Virus record (IMG/VR): IMGVR_UViG_3300033144_003327
Location: 1-64,000 of that record
DNA from: a virus
Strand: one strand, 5' to 3'
DNA: 64,000 nt
In this document: positions 29,435 through 38,040 of the stretch, piece after piece
How positions within the stretch are numbered: position 1 is the stretch's first letter
Layout of the letters: every line of letters begins with the position of its first letter
Program-made: the position numbers and the translations under genes
The notes under the pieces: model-generated
The model's input: only the letters and a program-made list of their open reading frames with translations
Databases searched by the model: none
What the model was told of the DNA's origin: nothing

Positions 29435-29746
29435 ATGAAGAAAAGAGATAAGGAAGCACAGTTCGCCACCGCGTGGGTGGCTGACGATCGACAGATACTC
29501 TGCTACGTCTGGCACGAGGAGGCGATGGGATACTACGTCGTGCACTTGAGCCAAGACCCGACATTGCGGCTGGCTTTCAACGTCGAGTTTGAGGGACCTG
29601 AAAAGGCCTGGACATATTTTGAGGGATTGAGATCCTCTCGTGATGAGGCTCGTCAATTAGTCGAGAACATCTTTGAAGGTTTATTTGAAGCGAAGGGGAA
29701 AGAGTACGCGGAAGAAGAGGTTCCGAGTGATGCCCCGTTATCTTGA
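29435..29746 (+). CDS. hypothetical protein
   Basis: 103-aa ORF, RBS AAAAGGATGAAGTTGATATG. Confidence 0.25.
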   Translation: MKKRDKEAQFATAWVADDRQILCYVWHEEAMGYYVVHLSQDPTLRLAFNVEFEGPEKAWTYFEGLRSSRDEARQLVENIFEGLFEAKGKEYAEEEVPSDAPLS

Positions 29747-29783
29747 TCAAGAACGGTGTATGTGCGGGGAGATTACTAACAAA

Positions 29784-30398
29784 ATGGAGATGGAAATGAG
29801 GACCGAAGAAGAAGAACAGGAAGGATTTTGGGGATACATTATATTGATCGTGATATTCTTGATATTTGCGATACCTGCGTTCGCGACTACGCCAAAGAAG
29901 AACCCAGAGGTGGTTGTTGACGTCGAACAGGATCAGCACCAACGGCAAGAGCAGGATCAGCAGCAAGACCAATCGCAATCACAGGTCACTGACTTGAGTC
30001 AGGCCAATGCGCAGAGCGTGACGTTTACGTCGCCGGACGACATCACCGTCAGGAATACGCCGTCCATTGCGCCACCGTCGGTGTACCCAACGGTGACGTG
30101 TTACACAGGAGTCTCTGGTGGGATATCGGTGGCAGGCTTTGGTGGATCCCTGGGTAAAGGCAAGATAGATCCCGCCTGCGTGATGCGTGAAGAGATACGA
30201 CTCGCCAGTGGTTTAGGCATGATGACCCAGGCGCGGAAGCTATTCTGCAATCGGCCGCACATCATCGAGGCGTTCGGTTCTGTAGAGGCTTGCCTGGACG
30301 ACGGGTTCAGCGTCAAACGTGTACCAGACAGTTGGACGACGGAAGAAGCTGACGAACGATGCGAACGGAAAGAAGAGGCATGTAAGGCATTCAAATGA
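29784..30398 (+). CDS. membrane-anchored protein with Gln-rich linker and Cys-containing C-terminal domain
   Basis: acidic N-term, TM helix YIILIVIFLIFAIPAFA, QDQHQRQEQDQQQDQSQSQ linker, 6 Cys in C-domain. Confidence 0.3.
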   Translation: MEMEMRTEEEEQEGFWGYIILIVIFLIFAIPAFATTPKKNPEVVVDVEQDQHQRQEQDQQQDQSQSQVTDLSQANAQSVTFTSPDDITVRNTPSIAPPSVYPTVTCYTGVSGGISVAGFGGSLGKGKIDPACVMREEIRLASGLGMMTQARKLFCNRPHIIEAFGSVEACLDDGFSVKRVPDSWTTEEADERCERKEEACKAFK

Positions 30399-30832
30399 GT
30401 GAATCCAACCTCTGGAATCGTCTCCGTACCAATATGGTAGGCAAGTATTGGGCGGAGGCGACGCGCCATGAAGACAAACTACAGCGGGGTATCGCCGACG
30501 TATCGTTCTGCCAAAACGGCGCTGGAGGTTGGATGGAGTTGAAGCATGTCAGTGACTGGCCTGCACGGCGTACGACAACCGTCAAGATTCCTCATTACTC
30601 GATTGACCAGAAAGAATTCTTGACGAAGAAAGGCAAGGCCATGGGCAATACTTGGCTCTTCATCCAAATAGGCAGCGACTTCGTGCTGTATGACCACATT
30701 GGTGCGCAGCACGTTGGCGAGTTAACCAAAGAACAGATGGTAGGGAACGTTTACTGCTATGCCTACTGGAGAGGGAAATTAGATTACAGTCAGTTCGCTC
30801 GGGCACTTGTGATCGGGGCTCAGAGTAGATGA
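30395..30832 (+). CDS. PD-(D/E)xK-fold nuclease-like protein
   Basis: IADVSF ... GWMELKH = D...(E)xK restriction-endonuclease-like core. Confidence 0.35.
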   Translation: MSESNLWNRLRTNMVGKYWAEATRHEDKLQRGIADVSFCQNGAGGWMELKHVSDWPARRTTTVKIPHYSIDQKEFLTKKGKAMGNTWLFIQIGSDFVLYDHIGAQHVGELTKEQMVGNVYCYAYWRGKLDYSQFARALVIGAQSR

Positions 30833-31022
30833 GTCATCAACGACTTGAAAAGCTGAAGCGTGACGTCTTCGATCAGATCGATGAGTTTGAGGACAAGACG
30901 GGTCTGTGTGTGGAGAAGATAACGACGACACATGACTGGACGTTGGTCCCCGACCCCGCCCGCAGGAACAGAGAAATACAAGTGAAACGATTGAAGACGA
31001 TCACGATTGAGGTGAATGAGAT

Positions 31023-31478
31023 ATGAACATTGAAGAAAAGATAATAGAATCGAATCGCATTGAAGGGATCAATCGCCCACCTAGAAAGGCTGAGATTGAA
31101 GAGTTCAAACGATTCATAAGGCTAGACGTGATTACGATAGAGGAGTTAGAAAGGTTTGTCGGCGTCTACCAGCCTGGGGCAAAACTCCGCAGTAGGCCAG
31201 GCGACGATTGTCGTGTCGGATCACATCACCCGATAGGCGGCGGCCCTGAGCTCCTACTTGTGTTGACTGAATTATTGACTGAAATTGAAAATAAAACGAT
31301 TCATCCTTTTCATGCTCACATCACCTACGAAACGATTCATCCGTTTATGGACTGCAACGGCAGGTCGGGGCGGATGTTGTGGTACTGGATGATGGCGCAG
31401 CGGTGGGGCGCGGTGTCAACTGACATCGGATTTCTCCATCGGTTCTATTATCAAACATTACATGCGATCCAGAAATGA
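31023..31478 (+). CDS. Fic/Doc-family protein with variant Fic motif
   Basis: HPFMDCNGRSGR vs canonical HPFx(D/E)GNGRxxR (G to C at one position). Confidence 0.55.
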   Translation: MNIEEKIIESNRIEGINRPPRKAEIEEFKRFIRLDVITIEELERFVGVYQPGAKLRSRPGDDCRVGSHHPIGGGPELLLVLTELLTEIENKTIHPFHAHITYETIHPFMDCNGRSGRMLWYWMMAQRWGAVSTDIGFLHRFYYQTLHAIQK

Positions 31479-31771
31479 GAGGCGTCGTTCAAATTATCCG
31501 ATGCAAAGACCATCTGTCAATCGGTGAGCACAATGCGGACGTGGGCAAACAACACGTCATCGCCGTTTGCGACGACGGGACGCTGTGGCACGGCATGATG
31601 TCTTACGACTACAAAGATGAGTTCACTACAACGGAGAAGGATTTAATAGTACAATGGACCCAACTAAACACACCACCCGACGGCGATCACTTGCCAAAGG
31701 ATACGCGGGGTAGGTGGGACAAAATTGAGGAACAGATTCGTGAAGAAGATGATTCAAATATCACTGACTGA
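31475..31771 (+). CDS. hypothetical protein
   Basis: 98-aa ORF coupled to fic. Confidence 0.25.
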   Translation: MRGVVQIIRCKDHLSIGEHNADVGKQHVIAVCDDGTLWHGMMSYDYKDEFTTTEKDLIVQWTQLNTPPDGDHLPKDTRGRWDKIEEQIREEDDSNITD

Positions 31772-32096
31772 CGCTGAACGTCTGTTTGCGGCGCGCCGTA
31801 CTGGAGACGAGAACCAACAAGCGGTCGCGGCGTCTGCAGGATTCCACCAGACGGCAATCTCCAAAATGGAGAAAGGAGAGATCCCTGTGAATCCGAGATT
31901 GATAAAGAGATTTCGTGATGACGATGATCTTCCCGACTACATCTATTTGTCGTTAGTGCGGCGCAGGTATCAATTCAAATTGGCTGAGGCGGCTGTGCAA
32001 TGCGGCATTGCCACCCACCGTTTGGGTGACATGGAACGTGGCCGCGTGGATCCTGATCCAGCATACGTGTCGTGGTTGGAATCCTTAATGAAATGA
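31725..32096 (+). CDS. XRE-family helix-turn-helix transcriptional regulator (two HTH-like segments)
   Basis: QQAVAASAGFHQTAISKMEKGE and FKLAEAAVQCGIATHRLGDMERGR. Confidence 0.5.
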   Translation: MRNRFVKKMIQISLTDAERLFAARRTGDENQQAVAASAGFHQTAISKMEKGEIPVNPRLIKRFRDDDDLPDYIYLSLVRRRYQFKLAEAAVQCGIATHRLGDMERGRVDPDPAYVSWLESLMK

Positions 32097-32117
32097 TTTT
32101 CAAGTTATGTTAAGAAA

Positions 32118-32159
32118 CCATTGTAACGATGAGTGAGGCTGTTACTATTATATATGAAG
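32118..32159 (+). promoter_or_regulatory. class-1 conserved promoter-like element (copy 4)
   Basis: CCATTGTAACGATGAGTGAGGCTGTTACTATTATATATGAAG then CACACAGAAAGGAAGAG RBS. Confidence 0.45.
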
Positions 32160-32541
32160 TTAACACACACAGAAAGGAAGAGATAAAATGGACAAATTAG
32201 ACATGGCATATTTCTTGGCACGTATTTCGTTCCGCAAAGGAAAGAACACGTTGCACGGCGAAACTGTCGCGGAGTGGACTAGCTATTACTTGACATTCAC
32301 TCACGCAGAATTGAAAAGTGAGGTGGCTTCTTATGGCTGCTAAAATGGAATTACGAAAGTTAAACAAAATGTCGTTCGTCGAGTACGAATGTGGCGCCTA
32401 CTACTACGATGAGCGAGAAGCTCTCGTTTGTGCGCCGATGAACGCTGACGACACTGTTGCATATGAGGATGAAATCATCGTCGCCGACTTTGATATACCT
32501 TTGTCTGCAGAGATTTTGAATCGAATAGAGGCGTTACTGTC

Positions 32542-32853
32542 ATGAACGACAATCCAGCAGATTTCAACAACGACCACACGGCACATTGTGATCGTTGCAA
32601 TTCCCGCCAAATGGGAACGGAGTTCTACTGCAACGACGCCATGGGCATGGCAACGCCTGTCTTGTGGGTTTGTCATCGTTGTGAGAACCCGCCGGCACTG
32701 GTGCGCGTCTATCGCGAGATTGTTCGTCGCGCCACCAACGCTTTCAACAAGGCGAAGTATTACGCGACGACGACGCCAGAGTATCGTGCCAAACGTCGCG
32801 CGCGGATGGAGCAAGCCCGTGGACGGATTGCCGCGCGGAGGGCTGCCCAATGA
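32542..32853 (+). CDS. zinc-ribbon protein with basic C-terminal tail
   Basis: HCDRCN ... CHRCEN. Confidence 0.25.
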   Translation: MNDNPADFNNDHTAHCDRCNSRQMGTEFYCNDAMGMATPVLWVCHRCENPPALVRVYREIVRRATNAFNKAKYYATTTPEYRAKRRARMEQARGRIAARRAAQ

Positions 32854-33272
32854 AGATTGGCATAACAGGAACACGTCGCGGCGCATCTACGGCACAGCTG
32901 GCGGCGTTGGAGGCTTGGTTCACTGACTGTCGTGCCGACGAGTTGCACCACGGTGACTGCCGCGGTGTTGATGAGGTCGTTGCCAAAATGGCTCGCCGCC
33001 ATAAGGTGCGCATCGTGTCGCATCCACCCAACATCGGTACATCGAGGGCCTACGTGCCCAGCGATGTCTATTTCAAGGTCTTGCCCTACATTGAACGCAA
33101 CCATGTTATCGTTGATATGACAGATGGTCTGATTGTCGTTCCTAACAGTCCGGCCGAACTTATACGAAGTGGTACTTGGGCGACTTGTCGCTACGCTAGG
33201 TCCAAAGGAAAACGGATCTGGATCATTTATCCAGATGGAACCTGGGAATACGAGGGCGATCATGAAACATAG
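32850..33272 (+). CDS. SLOG/DUF2493-like Rossmann-fold protein
   Basis: MKIGITGTRRG ... HHGDCRGVDEVV resembles DprA/SLOG-type phage nucleotide-binding domain. Confidence 0.35.
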   Translation: MKIGITGTRRGASTAQLAALEAWFTDCRADELHHGDCRGVDEVVAKMARRHKVRIVSHPPNIGTSRAYVPSDVYFKVLPYIERNHVIVDMTDGLIVVPNSPAELIRSGTWATCRYARSKGKRIWIIYPDGTWEYEGDHET

Positions 33273-33660
33273 AGCGGTGAAATTTGTGGTTACGGCGGTG
33301 CTGCTAGGGTCTCTAACGATTCAGGCAGATCCAATCAAGACTTGGTTCTGGGATGCTCCGACTGAGTACGAGAACGGCTCATTGATCCCAGGAGGCGACC
33401 TGATTAACTTCAGGTTGTACTGTGGGATGATAGAGGGCGGTCCGTATCCAGCGAGCAAGATATTTGAGATGCAGGTGGCGCCGTCTATAGAAGACATGGA
33501 CTTCGTCGTCGCAGGTCTTCCAGGGATGTATTACTGCGTATCGACTGTGGAGTCGCTCGCGCACATGACGATTTCTGGAGACTCTAATGAGGTCAATTTT
33601 ACTGTAGCGCCGGGCCAATTGGGATTTGTGCCGAAGCCACCGGTGCTGCACATCCAGTAA
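33262..33660 (+). CDS. secreted protein with signal peptide
   Basis: MKHRAVKFVVTAVLLGSLTIQA signal peptide; ATG 33262 in frame of ORF 33133..33660. Confidence 0.3.
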   Translation: MKHRAVKFVVTAVLLGSLTIQADPIKTWFWDAPTEYENGSLIPGGDLINFRLYCGMIEGGPYPASKIFEMQVAPSIEDMDFVVAGLPGMYYCVSTVESLAHMTISGDSNEVNFTVAPGQLGFVPKPPVLHIQ

Positions 33661-33696
33661 GGAAAGGATCAGGTTGTACTTAAAGGAGAAAGGAAG

Positions 33697-34185
33697 ATGT
33701 CTACTGAAAGGAAAGGAATGGGAACGTTCGGAGTCTTGACACTGTTGTTTATCGGTGGCTTGGCTTGGATGACGATTGAAAACGCTGTGTCGGAGTTTAG
33801 ATTTCCAGGTGCGGTGGTCGAGAGCGGCATCCACGCCAGCGACGACTGTTACGAACAGGACTCTGCTAACTGGCGCGTCGGCTTGTTTGGCGTCAATCAA
33901 GAGTCGATCCGCGACACTGACTGCGAGAAAAGAGAGGCTGCGCGATTAGCATCCGAGGCTGGTATGCCTGAGGTTTCAAAACGGATCATCTGCGGTTTGG
34001 CCGGCTCCATTGCGACGTTTGGCGACGCGGAAAGGTGCATGGCCCAGGTCGGTAACGCCACGACGGTTATCGTTGAGGTTGCCGACCGCGGCGTCTACTG
34101 CGACAAGCGATCCAAGAAGTGGTATAAACGGCTCACATTCAGGGTCAAGCACAATTACCGGAAGTGTATGCGAGGTGAGGTATGA
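33697..34185 (+). CDS. membrane-anchored Cys-containing protein
   Basis: N-terminal TM FGVLTLLFIGGLAWMTI; RBS AAAGGAGAAAGGAAGATG. Confidence 0.3.
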   Translation: MSTERKGMGTFGVLTLLFIGGLAWMTIENAVSEFRFPGAVVESGIHASDDCYEQDSANWRVGLFGVNQESIRDTDCEKREAARLASEAGMPEVSKRIICGLAGSIATFGDAERCMAQVGNATTVIVEVADRGVYCDKRSKKWYKRLTFRVKHNYRKCMRGEV

Positions 34186-34445
34186 AACTCTCCGGAACGG
34201 CGGCAGGATTTTGGATCGCCGTCACAATTATCGTGGTTGTGGGCATCGGGTTTGCTCCAGGTTATGTAAAACCAGAGCGATACGCAGAGAGATGCGTAGA
34301 GTCGCATTCGGTGATTGTGGATGGTACGTGGGTAGGGTGCGTCGGAGACAGCCAGACAGCAGGCAATCTGTGGATCCCGCCAAATGGCCCTGCCCCGATG
34401 GCTGACATAAAAGAACTGGATGATTCTTGGATGGACGGATCATGA
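34182..34445 (+). CDS. small membrane protein
   Basis: TM AAGFWIAVTIIVVVGIGF. Confidence 0.25.
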   Translation: MKLSGTAAGFWIAVTIIVVVGIGFAPGYVKPERYAERCVESHSVIVDGTWVGCVGDSQTAGNLWIPPNGPAPMADIKELDDSWMDGS

Positions 34446-34693
34446 AGACGATCGATGAACAACTGACGGAACTGAAAGAGTGGAGCGGCCAGGGATATTA
34501 CGCGGCGGCGGAGGAACAGATGGCTGGCGAGGCGGCTGCGACGATTGAATTGTTGCTGAAGGAAATAGAGCGCCTGCGTGGTGCAAGGAAGGATGATTGC
34601 GTTGACTTTTTTAGGTGGTGGTGGAATCAACCGGGAAATGATACGGAAGCTGGCTATGACACATGGTTAGCACTAAAGCAGGAGGAATCATGA
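34442..34693 (+). CDS. small RLRG/QEES paralog 1
   Basis: IERLRGARKD, ends ALKQEES with embedded GGAGGA RBS for next gene. Confidence 0.4.
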   Translation: MKTIDEQLTELKEWSGQGYYAAAEEQMAGEAAATIELLLKEIERLRGARKDDCVDFFRWWWNQPGNDTEAGYDTWLALKQEES

Positions 34694-34980
34694 GTAAAGA
34701 ATTTATGAGGGCTGACCGGGACAGGTGGCAGGCTATGGCAAATGATTTGAAAACCCAGAACAAGCGCCTGCGTGGTGAGCGGGACTTGTTGTGTCAAGTG
34801 CTTGAGCGTGGCGGGATTGACTCATCAGCAATTCTTGCCAGTCAAGACGATGGGGGGTTATGGCTTGACGAGAACAAGCGCCTGCGTGGTTTGCTGGATA
34901 GAACCTACGAGTTAGCCAACCACAACAGCGTGGATTGCTATAAGTGCGCAGAGGTAGCGGCACTGCAGGAGGAATCATGA
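34690..34980 (+). CDS. small RLRG/QEES paralog 2 (two RLRG motifs)
   Basis: KRLRGERDLL and KRLRGLLDRT; ends ALQEES; ATGA-coupled. Confidence 0.4.
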   Translation: MSKEFMRADRDRWQAMANDLKTQNKRLRGERDLLCQVLERGGIDSSAILASQDDGGLWLDENKRLRGLLDRTYELANHNSVDCYKCAEVAALQEES

Positions 34981-35207
34981 GTGATAAATATATAGCTCAT
35001 AAAGATTGCGGTATTCACGCTACATATGAGCAGAACCCCTGTCCTCACTGTAAACATGAGCGCCAGCAACAGGAAATCCTATGCCTGCGTGGTGAGGTCG
35101 AACTCTATAAGGCCGTGTATGACGCTGCCCACAAGATCGTCAAGGGCGAACAGTGGAGTCAAGTGCCATTGAAAGAGGCTGTGGATGCTTTGCAGGAGGA
35201 ATCATGA
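34977..35207 (+). CDS. small RLRG/QEES paralog 3
   Basis: CPHCKHE zinc knuckle, LCLRGEVEL, ends ALQEES. Confidence 0.4.
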   Translation: MSDKYIAHKDCGIHATYEQNPCPHCKHERQQQEILCLRGEVELYKAVYDAAHKIVKGEQWSQVPLKEAVDALQEES

Positions 35208-35449
35208 GTAAATTACAGAATGAGGGCATCATTAACTGGCTCAAAGCCACGGAGGATGATGCTATGGGTATGGAGTCTGGCGACAGGGCAATGGCGTATG
35301 CTGCCCGCCAACTGATTCTGGACTCACTTGAGGAAATAGAGCGCCTGCGTGGTGATCTTGCAGATGCGGAGCAGCGATTTCAGTTTATGTCCGATCAGGT
35401 AGAGGCCAAATGCAAAATCATTGAGGCACTAAAGCGGGAGGAATCATAA
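35204..35449 (+). CDS. small RLRG/QEES paralog 4
   Basis: IERLRGDLADAE, ends ALKREES. Confidence 0.4.
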   Translation: MSKLQNEGIINWLKATEDDAMGMESGDRAMAYAARQLILDSLEEIERLRGDLADAEQRFQFMSDQVEAKCKIIEALKREES

Positions 35450-35631
35450 TGTGGCGGATATTCAAGTTGCGGGTTTGCTTAATTGGTTGGTGGTATCACC
35501 GTGTGTGGGTCGGAAATTGCCTATATAAGCAGGAATGGATTGAGTTATATGAGGATATGCCAAACCCGAAAGAGGCATATGAGGAAGGCTGGTGCCGTGA
35601 ATAGCAAAGCACTAAAGCAGGAGGAATCATA

Positions 35632-35925
35632 ATGTGTGATGGACCGATGACATGGGATGAACTGGCGCACGAACATACGCTACAGAAAAAGGAAATAGTG
35701 CGCCTGCGTGGTGTCATCGCTGCGTGGTATGCCTACTGGCCTGAGCCGTGGGGTGAAGGCAGGGACGGTTTTGAAATGCAGGAGTTTGGCGAGAAGCATG
35801 GTATCCTAATTGCGGAAGAAAAGACTACGCCATGTGGTGAGGGGTGCAATTGCACTGAGTTTTTTGGTGACAACGAAACAGTGACTTGTTACCGACTCAA
35901 GCCAGAATTTGTGGAAGGTGCATGA
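35632..35925 (+). CDS. small RLRG paralog 5
   Basis: preceded by GCACTAAAGCAGGAGGAATCATAATG junction; IVRLRGVIAAW. Confidence 0.4.
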   Translation: MCDGPMTWDELAHEHTLQKKEIVRLRGVIAAWYAYWPEPWGEGRDGFEMQEFGEKHGILIAEEKTTPCGEGCNCTEFFGDNETVTCYRLKPEFVEGA

Positions 35926-36085
35926 AGAAGACTGATTTGGAAATGGATGTGGAGAAGAAATGGCCTAGGGTCATGTTGCTCGTATGTTTACATGGCAAGG
36001 CGAAGGTTTACGCGGCGCTTGACGCAATGAAATCGCAGGCGCTGGCCAATGGTTTACGCAAGAAAGTAGATAGGATGGTGGTGAA

Positions 36086-36310
36086 ATGAAAGCAAAATGG
36101 ATAGACCCAGAACAGCAGAAGCCCAAGGTCAAGGTACGGTTGCCACCGTGCTCAGCTAAGAGAACAACGACCTATTGGCGTGATCAACACGGGGACAATA
36201 TGTGCGCGAAGAGTGCCATCGTCAATATAGACGGCAAGGATTACTGTCATCAACACGGCTCTGGCATTGCTCTCAGGTATTTGGTGGCGGGTACGTTGCC
36301 GAAAACGTAA
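36086..36310 (+). CDS. small zinc-ribbon protein
   Basis: CSAKR...C..., CHQHG. Confidence 0.3.
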   Translation: MKAKWIDPEQQKPKVKVRLPPCSAKRTTTYWRDQHGDNMCAKSAIVNIDGKDYCHQHGSGIALRYLVAGTLPKT

Positions 36311-36333
36311 CGCGTTATTAAAAGGAGAAAGGA

Positions 36334-36576
36334 ATGACGTTTAAAATGAATCCAACGAAAGAGTATGTGCGGGAGATTGTCGCGTTCGCGAATGAGCAGG
36401 GTCCCGACGTTTTGGCGATCACTCCGAGCAAGGCTGTTACGCTACACGTTGTCGCTCGCCGGAAGGGCAAGGTACTTTTCAAAATGGATAAGGTGCAATT
36501 GGCGAAGGGGCAGGAGTTTCAGCTGACTGACTTCACTTTGAATATATCGGTCGGTGACATAGGGAAGGACGACTAA
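36334..36576 (+). CDS. hypothetical protein
   Basis: 80 aa, RBS AAAGGAGAAAGGAATG. Confidence 0.3.
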   Translation: MTFKMNPTKEYVREIVAFANEQGPDVLAITPSKAVTLHVVARRKGKVLFKMDKVQLAKGQEFQLTDFTLNISVGDIGKDD

Positions 36577-36782
36577 TGAATCATATTTATTTGTCAAGGA
36601 GGAATCTGCTGACCTTGCTCAATAAGCTGGCGCGGACTGGGAGTGCTCGGACTATCATCAAGAACGACACGGTGCATCCTGAATATCCGTGCACGACTGT
36701 GACGATGGTTACGGCTGTGGCAGACGAGGACTATTACGATGGGAGGGCGGCTGGCGTTGTTCATCCAGCGGACTTGCCGTAA
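36576..36782 (+). CDS. hypothetical protein
   Basis: 68 aa, ATGA-coupled. Confidence 0.25.
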   Translation: MNHIYLSRRNLLTLLNKLARTGSARTIIKNDTVHPEYPCTTVTMVTAVADEDYYDGRAAGVVHPADLP

Positions 36783-36783
36783 T

Positions 36784-36830
36784 GTGCCCTAGGACACACT
36801 TTGATTGATTCAGACTGCTATACTATGAGC
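36784..36830 (+). promoter_or_regulatory. class-2 intergenic element (copy 1): palindrome GTGCCCTAGGACAC + TATACT
   Basis: same motif as at 39167, 39492, 40208, 41062; followed by GAAAGGAAAAGGAAAACGAAATG. Confidence 0.45.
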
Positions 36831-36855
36831 TTGTAGAAAGGAAAAGGAAAACGAA

Positions 36856-37002
36856 ATGAGCAATCTAAACAAATTTTTGAAATCACTTGGACCGGATGCT
36901 TTGGATCGTGAAGACAATCGTACAGAGAAAGAGAAAGAAGAAGCTCGTCGTGAGGATATGCAAGAACAACGTGACGAATTGAAAACGGATCGCAGGGCCT
37001 AG
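36856..37002 (+). CDS. small acidic/basic protein (48 aa)
   Basis: below ORF-track threshold; strong RBS and class-2 element upstream. Confidence 0.25.
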   Translation: MSNLNKFLKSLGPDALDREDNRTEKEKEEARREDMQEQRDELKTDRRA

Positions 37003-37019
37003 AGAAAGGTGATTTGCGA

Positions 37020-37435
37020 GCTTAGGGTGATGTACGCATAACAAACTGAAATGACTTTTTTTATTTTAGGGAATATCCTGGTTTTATACCCTATGGGACT
37101 AGTTCCTATATAAATCAACACACGATAGAGCCTAGCAATAATTTACTTTAGCCTAAGGTACCTATATAACTGATTATCTTGGTGTAACTCAGCTTGGAAT
37201 TATCAGTTATGTTGTAGGTATGGTAATGTGGTAGAGCCTAGTGGTAGATGATTTGTGAGTAACAGGGATTCTTGTTCTGGTGCCGCGCGCATGTGAAGTT
37301 CACTTTTTATTTTTTTGAATTTGAGTCGTTACGTGTATAGGGCCTAAGTTCTGTCTCTTGGTGGATCGTTTTGGATTTGGGTCAGGGTGTGTTATCGTTG
37401 GTTTCCTGCTTATCTAGCTGAGGGAATCACTAGCG
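37020..37435. promoter_or_regulatory. AT-rich non-coding region upstream of terS with GCCTA(A)G repeats (candidate pac/late-regulatory region)
   Basis: ~415 nt with no ORF; repeats AGAGCCTAG x2, AGCCTAAGG, GGGCCTAAG; TATATAA boxes. Confidence 0.3.
37293..37316 (+). terminator. weak hairpin + T-run
   Basis: GTGAAGTTCAC followed by TTTTTATTTTTTT. Confidence 0.3.
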
Positions 37436-38029
37436 ATGGAAGCTCAAGAAGAACTGTTATCTGTCTCCGATCCGCAGGAGCCGGGCTTTAGGTGGACCCT
37501 AAAGAAGAAGAGGTTTGTTTCTAACTTCGTAAGGAATAACGGAAACGGCGCCAAGGCTGCTGTTGATGCGGGTTACACTGATCCGTCAGCGACAGGCCGT
37601 CTGCTTCAGCAAACGCTGGTTCGTCAGGCCATACATGACGAGCTCCGTGCCTGTCTACAAAAAGAGGGCGAAAATTCTGAGACAATAATCGCGAGATGGG
37701 CCAATATGGCTCAGGCCAATTTGGCTGACTATTTCAAAATGGATCAGGAGGGAGAATTGACGTTGGTGGACCTGACTCTCCTGACAAAAGATCAACAACT
37801 CAGGCTCAAGAAGATCACTGCTACGAGAAACCAGTACGGTCAGAACATCACTGTTGAGTTGCACGATGTCTTGAAAGCGAATGACCGATTGGCGGAGATT
37901 CACAATCTGTTGAAAGCTGAGCAAGGCTTCCTACCTCCTGATCAAACTGCCGCCGAAATACGCGACGCGATCAAGAAGATGGATGCTGTAGACGGGATAG
38001 AACGTCCCGCTGACGTCACTCTTCAATAG
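37436..38029 (+). CDS. terS: terminase small subunit (Terminase_2/P27-like)
   Basis: LKKKRFVSNFVRNNGNGAKAAVDAGYTDPSATGRLLQQ matches Terminase_2 N-terminal HTH pattern (LtpKQ..F..eYl..gNataAa..AGYs..tA). Confidence 0.7.
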   Translation: MEAQEELLSVSDPQEPGFRWTLKKKRFVSNFVRNNGNGAKAAVDAGYTDPSATGRLLQQTLVRQAIHDELRACLQKEGENSETIIARWANMAQANLADYFKMDQEGELTLVDLTLLTKDQQLRLKKITATRNQYGQNITVELHDVLKANDRLAEIHNLLKAEQGFLPPDQTAAEIRDAIKKMDAVDGIERPADVTLQ

Positions 38030-38040
38030 CCTCGCATTAT

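Noticed and set aside
29084-33900. Minus-strand ORFs of 160-190 aa (29084..29656, 32404..32886, 33379..33900 and similar)
   Set aside because: They fully overlap well-supported + strand genes that have RBSs and translational coupling, and have no RBS or promoter of their own. They look like GC-driven open frames.
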